Assembly: GCA_900757185.1 (NCBI GenBank) | Contig: CAAEMX010000060.1 | Coordinates: forward strand, 72,610-136,609 | DNA: 64,000 nucleotides | DNA from: an uncultured Collinsella sp. | GTDB taxonomy: Bacteria; Actinomycetota; Coriobacteriia; Coriobacteriales; Coriobacteriaceae | Direction: 5' to 3' | Shown: positions 20,397 through 31,065 of the stretch, piece after piece | Position numbering within the stretch: the first letter of the stretch is position 1 | Layout: every line of letters starts with the position of its first letter | Program-made: the position numbers and the translations under genes | Notes under the pieces: model-generated | What the model saw: only the letters and a program-made list of their open reading frames with translations | Told to the model about the DNA's origin: nothing | Databases searched by the model: none

Positions 20397-22211
20397 ATGT
20401 ACTGTCGACTTCTTCTCAAACTGATCCTAAGAGACAAGGCCGCATGGATTTGTACGCTCGTTCTCGCTGCAGCCTTTTCCGTCCCCATTGCGTTCAATTC
20501 ACCCATCTACGGGCCCTTCTTTATGAAGCAGGGCATGCAGGGCTTTGTCGACGCATTCAATACGCGCGCGCCCCAGGCCAGCGGCACAGACCTATCGCCA
20601 GAGCAGCAAGCTGACGCGGAGCTTGCAAGATACGCGAACGCCGCCCTTGCCGCTCAAACCGACGCCGCCTTTCTCGATTCTGCCGAGAGCTACTACGCGC
20701 TCATGGGCGAAGGCTTCCAATCCGGGTCCATCGTGGGAGACCGAGAGACCAATGACGCGGCGCTCGCGTATTGCCGTGCCCTGAGCAGCTCCGGCATCAC
20801 GGATATCCCGGCCTCCGCAAGCGACCTGCCATTCCTTTCCTTCCTGCCTTACGCCATTGCCACGGCGCCGTCTTTCCTTCCCTTCATCCCCTTCCTTCTC
20901 TCGTCGATACTCGTGCTCGGCGCCACAAGGCCCGGGACCCTGGCGGCAAAGGCGCCCGCGCCCAAATTCCGGCGCCTTATCCAGATCGTGTTTTCGATAA
21001 TCGCCGCGGGGGCCGCGATGCTCCTCGCCGGCCTCGCACCCGGGGGCATTTACGCCTTGGCCCTAAACGGCTTCGGGCAAATTGGGTACCCGATCGCCTT
21101 CTTCCATGACGGCGCGCTTACCACCACGACCGCGGGAAACGTCTTCACAGCCCTGCTTCTCGCGCTGCTTGCGGGCGGAACCTTGATATCCGTTTGCTCC
21201 GCCGTCCTATCGACCGCAACGAGGCGCGTCCTCGCGGGCCCCCTTACCTCCGCGCTGCTTGTCGCGGCCCCGGCATTCCCGTTGCTGTCCGATTCGGCGC
21301 TGGAGCATAATGCCGCGCTCAATCTCCTGCCGCTGGCCGTGTTCTCGCCTATCGAGGCAACGGGCTACGTAGGATGCTTCCCGACAGAATTCATTGGCTC
21401 CGGTTCAGGCAGCGCATCGATGCTTGCCGTGGCCCTGGCATACGTCGCGGTCTTTTTTGCGGTCGGCGCCGTTGCGGCACGTTCCCCCAAACAGCCTGGA
21501 CCCGCGAAAAAGCACCATGGGCTCGAGCTTCTGGACGCGAGCGTGGGATACGGAAGCACGACGATACTTTCAATCGGGTCGCTTTTCCTGAGCCCGGGAA
21601 CGGCGGCGGGCCTCGTTGCTCCCAACGGCTCGGGGAAAACCACCCTTCTTGAAGCGCTGTCGGGCCAATTTCCCACCCGCATCCGCTCGGGAAGCCTGGC
21701 GGCAGACGGAATCTGCCAACGTCGATCAGCCGAATTTGCAGAACTCGTCTACCTGAGCTCTTCGGGCGGCGCGGATCTCTATCCCACGCTATCGGCCATC
21801 GAGCACCTTGCTTTCGTTAGGGAGGCGTGGAAATCGGCCGCCGACATCGACTCGCTCTGCGACTCCCTCGGAATCTCCCCATATCTCGACAAGCCGACCC
21901 GTAAACTCTCGACAGGAATGAAGCAGCAGGTAAAGCTTGCCATGGCGATAGCGACCGATTGCCCGTACCTCATCCTCGATGAACCGCTGAACGGCCTCGA
22001 TCCGGGAAAGCGGAAAACCTCCTGCGACGCGATGCGCAGCGAGGTGGCGCGGGGACGAAGCGTGCTCATTTCAAGCCATCTGCTCGACGACCTGGCAGAC
22101 CTCACCAACTCGTTCTACTTCATCGAGGCCGGCACGCTCGTGGAAAAGATCAAGTCGTCCTCGCAGACGCTCAAGCAGGAATATCTCGATACATACGAGG
22201 GAGGTGAATGA
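20397..22211 (+). CDS. Fused ABC transporter permease (N-terminal, about 360 aa) / ATP-binding domain (C-terminal)
   Basis: C-terminal NBD with GLVAPNGSGKTTLL, LSTGMKQQ and LILDEP, paralogous to the 19494 ATPase. The N-terminal half is multi-TM. Confidence 0.75.
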   Translation: MYCRLLLKLILRDKAAWICTLVLAAAFSVPIAFNSPIYGPFFMKQGMQGFVDAFNTRAPQASGTDLSPEQQADAELARYANAALAAQTDAAFLDSAESYYALMGEGFQSGSIVGDRETNDAALAYCRALSSSGITDIPASASDLPFLSFLPYAIATAPSFLPFIPFLLSSILVLGATRPGTLAAKAPAPKFRRLIQIVFSIIAAGAAMLLAGLAPGGIYALALNGFGQIGYPIAFFHDGALTTTTAGNVFTALLLALLAGGTLISVCSAVLSTATRRVLAGPLTSALLVAAPAFPLLSDSALEHNAALNLLPLAVFSPIEATGYVGCFPTEFIGSGSGSASMLAVALAYVAVFFAVGAVAARSPKQPGPAKKHHGLELLDASVGYGSTTILSIGSLFLSPGTAAGLVAPNGSGKTTLLEALSGQFPTRIRSGSLAADGICQRRSAEFAELVYLSSSGGADLYPTLSAIEHLAFVREAWKSAADIDSLCDSLGISPYLDKPTRKLSTGMKQQVKLAMAIATDCPYLILDEPLNGLDPGKRKTSCDAMRSEVARGRSVLISSHLLDDLADLTNSFYFIEAGTLVEKIKSSSQTLKQEYLDTYEGGE

Positions 22212-22212
22212 C

Positions 22213-22557
22213 ATGAAACTGTTTGAACAGCTGAAGTCCAATGCGTCGCGCATGGCTGTCTACGCCATCCTCGTGGCAACGGCTTTATGCGGAATCGCGG
22301 CACCCGTCTATGCGCTCAACGGGGAGAAAGGCGATGTCGAACCTGCGTACATGGCTTCGACGGTTAAAGACCGGTACAAAGCCTTCTCTGGAGACACGTT
22401 TTACGTAGCAGAGTACGACACGACCTACCGTCAGCTTCGCTACAACAAGAGATACGAATATCTAGGCCCAGAAGTAATCAGCTATACGTCGGGTTGGTAC
22501 CGCTCCAGCTATGGACACATAACCCAGTTCAAGTGTAACTACCGCGTGTACAACTAA
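22213..22557 (+). CDS. Small secreted Tyr-rich protein (candidate bacteriocin-like peptide), translationally coupled to upstream ABC gene
   Basis: The signal peptide MKLFEQLKSNASRMAVYAILVATALCGIAAPVYA is followed by LNGEK. The mature protein is about 85 aa with 13 Tyr. The start lies 1 nt after the upstream stop. Confidence 0.5.
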   Translation: MKLFEQLKSNASRMAVYAILVATALCGIAAPVYALNGEKGDVEPAYMASTVKDRYKAFSGDTFYVAEYDTTYRQLRYNKRYEYLGPEVISYTSGWYRSSYGHITQFKCNYRVYN

Positions 22558-22574
22558 AGCAACCGGCTGGGACG

Positions 22575-22607
22575 AGGGGCGACGCAAAAGCGTCGCCCCC
22601 GTTTTTA
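22575..22607 (+). terminator. Rho-independent terminator after the small secreted protein gene
   Basis: gaggggcgacg-caaaag-cgtcgccccc followed by TTTTT. Confidence 0.65.
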
Positions 22608-22635
22608 ACCATGTCAACTGAACCTAGTTCGGTTT

Positions 22636-22702
22636 GGTTGATTTCCGATCTCAGCCGAACACATTGAGCGGAAAGGCCGTTCCCGCAGTCAGTCGAACGT
22701 CC
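22636..22702. repeat. Direct repeat copy 2 (partner of 15425-15491)
   Basis: ggttgatttccgatctcagccgaacacattgagcggaaaggccgttcccgcagtcagtcgaacg... Confidence 0.75.
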
Positions 22703-22923
22703 CCGGGGCCCTTCTCAGGCCCCGGGGACGGCATTTTCACAGTTGAAGGAACGGTGGAGATGTGTTTCGATGGGTCAGATTCGTGTCGTTCCGAAAAGAC
22801 CGTGAACCTTTTGTGGGACACGCGGCGCCGTGGTACCATAGCCGAGTTTGTTGTCTTGGTCGGAAACCAAGACGCCTTATGCGCTGATCGGTAACCAGCG
22901 CCTGACCAATAAGGAGTCCTACC

Positions 22924-23349
22924 ATGAAGCAGGGTATCCATCCCCAGTATGTCGAGTGCACGGTGACGTGCTCCTGCGGCAACACCTTCAAGACGCACGC
23001 TACCGTGTCCGAGATGAAGGTTGAGCTTTGCAACGAGTGCCACCCGTTCTACACCGGCCAGCAGAAGTTCGTCGACACCGGTGGACGCGTCCAGCGCTTC
23101 GCCGACAAGTTCGGTGGCGCCGCTGCCGCCCAGCTCAAGAAGGCTGAGGAGGCCAAGGCTGCCAAGGCCGCCAAGGCTGCTGAGGCCGAGGCCGCTCGCA
23201 AGGCCGCCGCTGAGGCTAAGGCTGCCGAGAAGGCTAAGCGTGCTGCTAAGTTCGCCGAGGAGGCTGCCAAGCAGGCCGCCGAGGCTCCCGCAGAGGCTCC
23301 CGTCGAGGAGGCCGCTGCCGAGGCCGAGACCACCGAGGCTGCTGAGTAA
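22924..23349 (+). CDS. rpmE: 50S ribosomal protein L31 (Zn-ribbon type) with about 70-aa Ala/Lys/Glu-rich C-terminal extension
   Basis: MKQGIHPQY...CSCGNTF...[14 protein letters not shown] is the L31 core. The tail is AKA/AEA low-complexity. Confidence 0.88.
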   Translation: MKQGIHPQYVECTVTCSCGNTFKTHATVSEMKVELCNECHPFYTGQQKFVDTGGRVQRFADKFGGAAAAQLKKAEEAKAAKAAKAAEAEAARKAAAEAKAAEKAKRAAKFAEEAAKQAAEAPAEAPVEEAAAEAETTEAAE

Positions 23350-23386
23350 ATAGCTCGCCGCGGAATCGCTCGCATTCATGGCATAA

Positions 23387-23427
23387 GGGCCGTGCATCCA
23401 TTTGGGTGCGCGGCCCTTTTCTTTTTA
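23387..23427 (+). terminator. Rho-independent terminator after rpmE
   Basis: gggccgtgcatccatttgggtgcgcggccc followed by TTTTCTTTTT. Confidence 0.65.
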
Positions 23428-23460
23428 TTGGTGCAAGCTAACCTGTCCCCGTGGCACCAA
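23428..23460. repeat. ACCTGTCCCC-loop hairpin (family copy A)
   Basis: ttggtgca-agctaACCTGTCCCCg-tggcaccaa. Confidence 0.65.
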
Positions 23461-23493
23461 ATGGCAGATAGACGGCGTTTGCTCAGATAAAAC

Positions 23494-23527
23494 TTGCCAA
23501 AATAAACCTGTCCCATTGTGGCAGGTT
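23494..23527. repeat. ACCTGTCCC-loop hairpin (family copy B)
   Basis: ttgccaaaa-taaACCTGTCCCatt-gtggcaggtt. It is about 88% identical to the copy at 35586. Confidence 0.65.
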
Positions 23528-23656
23528 GGTCATAGTTATTACGTGGCGGTCGAGGTCGACCGTATAGGCCGTGCCTTGTTTGGCTAAAGTATAATCATCT
23601 GTGTTTAACTCGCCCGCAGCTGCACGGCGTGGGCGATGGCCAAAAAGGAAAACCAC

Positions 23657-26463
<2,807 letters not shown>

Positions 26464-26464
<1 letters not shown>

Positions 26465-27612
26465 TGGCTGAGGCTTTAGAGGTAACGCCCGCCAAGCTGG
26501 ACGCGTTCGCGGACCGGCTCGGCGAGGTCGAGTCGTATCTCCATTTGGACGAAAAGCGCACGCGCGTGACCGAGCTCGAGGCCAAAAGTGTTGCCCCTGG
26601 CTTTTGGGATGACGCCGACGTCGCTCGCGCAACCATGGAGGAGATCGCTCGCGCCAAGGAAGATATCGCTGCCGTGGATACCGCGCGCGGCGAGCTATCT
26701 GACGCCCGCGCGGCGCTGGAGCTTGCCGAGGAGATGGGCGACGACCCCGATGCCGCCGCATTGCGCGAGGAGGCTGCCGCTACGGCAGAACGCCTGGCCC
26801 GCGCTATCGACGAGCTCGAGCTTTCGAGCTGGTTTACCGGTGAGTTCGATCACGGCGACGCGATTGTGACCATCAAGCCCGGACAGGGTGGCCTGGAGGC
26901 ACAGGACTGGACCTTCATGCTCTTTAAGATGTACATGAAGTACTGCCAGCGTCGCGGCTGGAAGGTCACCATTAACGACTGCCCCGCGGCTGAGGTCATC
27001 GGCATCGACCGTGCGACCTTTACCGTCGAGGGCAAGGACGCGTTTGGCATGCTGCGCGCCGAGGCCGGCGTTCACCGCCTGGTACGCATCAGCCCCACCG
27101 ATGATAAGAAGCGCCGCCAGACCACGTTTGCCGGCGTCGAGGTCATTCCCGTGTTGCCTGACGATATCGACATCGAGATCAGTCCCGACGATATCCGCGT
27201 GGACGTGTATCACGCGAGCGGCCCGGGCGGCCAGGGCGTCAACACCACCGACTCTGCCGTACGCGTGACGCATTTTCCCAGCGGCATCGTTGTCACTTGC
27301 CAAAACGAGCGCAGCCAGATTCAAAACAAGGCCGCGTGCATGCAGATTCTCAAGGCCCGTCTGTACGAGATCGAGCTCGAGAAGCGCGCCGAGGCCCTGG
27401 ATGAGATTCGCGGGCCCAAGACCACGATCGGTTTTGGCAACCAGATTCGCAGCTACGTGCTCTACCCGTATCAGATGGTCAAGGACCTGCGCACGGGCGT
27501 GGAGACCAGCAACGTCGAGGCCGTTCTCGACGATGGCGATCTGGATCCGTTTGTGATCGGCTACCATCGTTGGGCAACCGGCAACGCCGATGCGGAAGCA
27601 TCGTCTGCCTAG
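26464..27612 (+). CDS. prfB: Peptide chain release factor 2 (single uninterrupted frame, no +1 frameshift site)
   Basis: GGQ motif (GGQGVNTTDSAVRVTHFPSGIVV) and the secA-prfB synteny. The start overlaps the secA stop (TAATG). The tripeptide position reads SPT rather than canonical SPF. Confidence 0.85.
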
Positions 27613-27702
27613 GCACATGATTGGCTCCGGGTCGATGCAAACACTTCGCAGGGGTGGTATTTGCCCGGTGAATCGGTAGAATCGAATACAGCAAGAAGTT
27701 CA

Positions 27703-27731
27703 AAGCGCACTCGTTTGGGTGCGCTTTTTTG
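27703..27731 (+). terminator. Rho-independent terminator after prfB
   Basis: aagcgcac-tcgtttgg-gtgcgctt followed by TTTTTT. Confidence 0.6.
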
Positions 27732-27742
27732 AGGGAGGCAGC

Positions 27743-28633
27743 ATGGCATATCGTCTGGACATCAAGCGCATTCTTTCGATGAACTTCTTTCATGACTTGC
27801 CCAAGATTATGTTTGGCTGCGCCCTGGCAGCTATCGCGACGGACCTGTTTTTGATCCCCAACGGCCTTGCCGCCGGCGGCGTCACAGGCCTTGCCACCAT
27901 TATTCAGGCGGTCGGCGCCTCGCATGGCATATCGCTTCCCGTCGGTATCCAGACCATCGTGATGAATGCCTTGCTGCTGCTGGTCGTTATGCGCGAGGGT
28001 GGCATGTTCTACGTGGTGCAGACGGCGACCGGTTTTGTGCTGCTGGGCTTTTTCACCGACCTGTTCGCTCCGTTTGTGGCGCCGCTGGCACATGCCGACC
28101 TGATGCTGCCCGCTATGTGGGGCGGCATTATCACGGGCATCGGGTATGGCATGGTGTTGCGCGCCGGTGCCAACACCGGCGGCTCCGACACGATCGGCCA
28201 GATCATCTCGCGCAATACGTCACTACCGGTGGGCTCCACCGTCATGGCGATCGACGTTGCCGTGTGCGCGCTGTCGGCCCCGGTCTTTTCGGTCGAAAAC
28301 GCGCTGTATGCGGGCCTTTCGATGGTCATTAGCGGCTACGTGATCGATGCCGTGGTCGACGGCGGCAACAGGCGCCGTATGGTACTCATCATCTCGGACA
28401 AGTTTCCCGATATTGCGGCCGACATCATGTATGGCCTGGGTCGCGGCTGCACCAAGTTTAGGGCGACCGGCATGTACTCGGGCGCCGAGAAGCCGGTGAT
28501 CATGGTCATTGTGAGCCGCCGCGAGCTCAACACCCTCAAAACGATCGTGCGCGAGCGCGATCCTCACGCCATTGTGACGGTCGCCGACGTTACGGAAACC
28601 TTCGGTGAGGGATTCAAGGACATTAACGCGTAG
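27743..28633 (+). CDS. YitT-family membrane protein (DUF161 + DUF2179)
   Basis: Multi-TM N-terminal domain with a C-terminal soluble DUF2179-like domain. A GAGGGAGG RBS precedes the start. Confidence 0.7.
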   Translation: MAYRLDIKRILSMNFFHDLPKIMFGCALAAIATDLFLIPNGLAAGGVTGLATIIQAVGASHGISLPVGIQTIVMNALLLLVVMREGGMFYVVQTATGFVLLGFFTDLFAPFVAPLAHADLMLPAMWGGIITGIGYGMVLRAGANTGGSDTIGQIISRNTSLPVGSTVMAIDVAVCALSAPVFSVENALYAGLSMVISGYVIDAVVDGGNRRRMVLIISDKFPDIAADIMYGLGRGCTKFRATGMYSGAEKPVIMVIVSRRELNTLKTIVRERDPHAIVTVADVTETFGEGFKDINA

Positions 28634-28841
28634 GGCCGACTGCGTTCCATCCAAAAGACGTTCACATTGATAAACCGTTTCATCTGCGGGACTGCCTGCT
28701 AAATTGCTCAAATAATGATAAAAAGTCTGGTAAAGCCATCAGTTTCCAGCATAATGAATGACGTACGTGCATCGCGGCTGTGTTGGGACTACCTTTCCGT
28801 GCCGTGCGCATCTTGTCTTAAGAGGATGAAAGGAAGGCACA

Positions 28842-29672
28842 ATGAGCGACGAAGAGCTCAAAAAGGTTGCCAACGAGGTAAGGAAGGGCATCGTCACCGG
28901 CGTGCACGCTGCCAAGTCCGGCCATCCGGGCGGTTCGCTCGGCGCTGCCGACATCATGACCTATCTGTACTTTGAGGAAATGAACGTCGACCCGGCCGAC
29001 CCCCGTAAGACCGATCGCGACCGCTTTGTGCTCTCCAAGGGCCATTGCGCTCCGGGTCTGTACGCCGTGCTCGCCGAGCGTGGGTTCTTCCCCAAGGAGG
29101 ATCTCGAGACGCTGCGCCACATCGGTAGCCACCTGCAAGGTCACCCCAACATGAACGACACCCCGGGTGTCGATATGTCCACCGGTTCGCTCGGCCAGGG
29201 CATCTCCGCCGCCGTCGGGATGGCGCTCGCCGCCAAGCACTGGGGCGATACTTACCGCACGTACGCCCTGCTGGGTGATGGCGAGAGCGAGGAGGGCCAG
29301 GTCTGGGAGGCAGCCATGTTTGCCGGCAACCAGCAGCTCGATAACCTCTGCGTGATCGTTGACCACAACGGCCTGCAGATCGATGGTCCCGTCGAGGAGG
29401 TCAACGACCCCATGCCGCTGGCAGACAAGTTCCGCGCCTTTAAGTTCCACGTGGTGGAGCTTGCCGACGGCAACGATTTCGACCAGATTCGCGCCGCCTT
29501 TGCCGAGGCTCGCGCTACTAAGGGTCAGCCGACCGCCATTATCGCCGAGACCACGAAGGGCAAGGGCGTCTCCTTTATGGAGAACCAGGTGGGTTGGCAT
29601 GGTAAGGCCCCCAACGATGAACAGTTTGAGCAGGCCATGGCAGAGCTCACGGCCGCCGGAGAGGAGCTCTAG
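28842..29672 (+). CDS. Transketolase, N-terminal (TPP-binding) subunit
   Basis: GHPGGSLGAADIM, GHCAPGLYA and GDGESEEGQVWEA are TPP-binding motifs. Confidence 0.88.
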   Translation: MSDEELKKVANEVRKGIVTGVHAAKSGHPGGSLGAADIMTYLYFEEMNVDPADPRKTDRDRFVLSKGHCAPGLYAVLAERGFFPKEDLETLRHIGSHLQGHPNMNDTPGVDMSTGSLGQGISAAVGMALAAKHWGDTYRTYALLGDGESEEGQVWEAAMFAGNQQLDNLCVIVDHNGLQIDGPVEEVNDPMPLADKFRAFKFHVVELADGNDFDQIRAAFAEARATKGQPTAIIAETTKGKGVSFMENQVGWHGKAPNDEQFEQAMAELTAAGEEL

Positions 29673-29674
29673 GA

Positions 29675-30615
29675 TGGCAGACGTCAAGAAAATCGCCACG
29701 CGTGTAAGCTACGGCGAGGCCCTCGTCGAGCTCGCCAACGAGCACGACGACTTTGTGGTCCTCGACGCCGACCTGGCTGCTGCCACGCAGACCGGCAAGT
29801 TTAAGGCTGCCTGCCCCGATCGCTTCTTCGATGTGGGCATTGCCGAGAGCAACCTGATGGGTGTTGCCGCCGGTATCGCGACCACCGGTCGCGTTGCCTT
29901 TGCGAGCACCTTTGCCATGTTCGCCGCCGGCCGCGCCTTTGAGCAGGTCCGTAACTCCATCGGCTATCCGCACCTTAACGTCAAGATCGGTGCCACGCAC
30001 GCTGGTATCTCGGTGGGCGAGGATGGCGCCACGCACCAGTGCTGCGAGGATATCGCCCTCATGCGCGTCATCCCCGGCATGACCGTGATCGTTCCGGCCG
30101 ACGACGTCGAGGCCCGCGCCGTGACGCGCGCCGCCTATGAGTGCGACGGCCCGGTGTACATGCGCTTCGCTCGTTTGGCCTCGCCGGTTATCAACGACCC
30201 CGAGACCTACAAGTTCGAGTTGGGTAAGGGCATTGTCATGCGCGAGGGCGCCGATGTGACCATCATCGCTTGCGGCCTGATGGTCGGCGAGGCCCTCGAG
30301 GCCGCCGAGCAGCTCGCTGCCGAGGGCATCGACGCCGAGGTCATCAACATGCACACCATCAAGCCCATCGACGCCGACCTGGTCGTCAAGAGCGCTACCA
30401 AGACCGGTCACGTCGTGACCGTCGAGGAGCACTCCGTGATCGGTGGTCTGGGCAGTGCCGTCGCCGACGTCCTGTGCGAGCAGTGCCCGACGCCGCTCAA
30501 GAAGATTGGCGTCAACGACACCTTCGGCGAGTCCGGCCCGGGTGCCGAGCTCCTGCACAAGTACGGCCTGGACGCCGCCAACATCGTGGCGACCACCAAG
30601 GAGTTCTTGGCATAA
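29675..30615 (+). CDS. Transketolase, C-terminal (pyrimidine-binding) subunit
   Basis: MADVKKIATRVSYGEALVEL...GEDGATHQCCEDIALMRVIPGMTV. It begins 2 nt after the N-terminal subunit stop. Confidence 0.88.
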
Positions 30616-30663
30616 GGCAAGACGAGGCAAAGTATCGCGTCGACAACCGCAAACAAGCCAGAA

Positions 30664-30697
30664 CAGGGGCGTCCTCAAAGAGGGCGCCCCTGTTTAT
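30664..30697 (+). terminator. Terminator hairpin after the transketolase genes
   Basis: caggggcgtcc-tcaaagag-ggcgcccctg followed by TTTATG. Confidence 0.55.
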
Positions 30698-30830
30698 GCT
30701 GAATTTAAATTAGAGTCCTGCCAAGCAAAGTTCCCATGGGGAAACGGGCCCATCCCAACAAAGTGCAATTCAGACCCTTCCAACTTTGTATGCGCAGCAT
30801 CTCAAGTTGGTGCGTCGGCCCCATAGTAGC

Positions 30831-30964
30831 CGCAGGCCGGGCGCAGGGTTACCTCCCAAATCTTTCCGCAGCGCAGGCCGGCGTTTGTCCGCAGCTCCGC
30901 AGGAGCAGGACAAATGCCGGCCATGCGCGAGGACGATTTGGGAGGTAACCCTGCGCCCGGCCGG
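30831..30964. repeat. Long nested inverted repeat (27-bp perfect outer arms, 15-bp inner arms)
   Basis: The outer arm gccgggcgcagggttacctcccaaatc (30835-30861) is perfectly complementary to 30936-30962. The inner arm ggccggcgtttgtcc pairs with ggacaaatgccggcc. Confidence 0.85.
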
Positions 30965-31065
30965 TGAGACCCAAACCCCGCCATGCTTCTTATGTGCAGC
31001 AAAGCTAATGCTGCTAAAATACAAAGCGCTCATGTAGTTTAAACGCACGACGATAAGGAGCACCA

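Larger units (their letters stand above)
15425..22702. mobile_element. Putative integrated genomic islet bounded by 67-bp direct repeats
   Basis: Bounded by flanking direct repeats and carrying a truncated tyrosine integrase next to one boundary. The cargo (XRE/DUF2975, ABC systems, small secreted peptide) has visibly lower GC. The core genes on either side are citrate synthase/ACT and rpmE. Confidence 0.5.

Noticed and set aside
30786-31037. Short ORFs 30786-31037 (+) and 30802-31002 (-) encoding near-identical peptides
   Set aside because: They are mirror translations of the two arms of the 134-bp inverted repeat, a palindrome artefact rather than genes.
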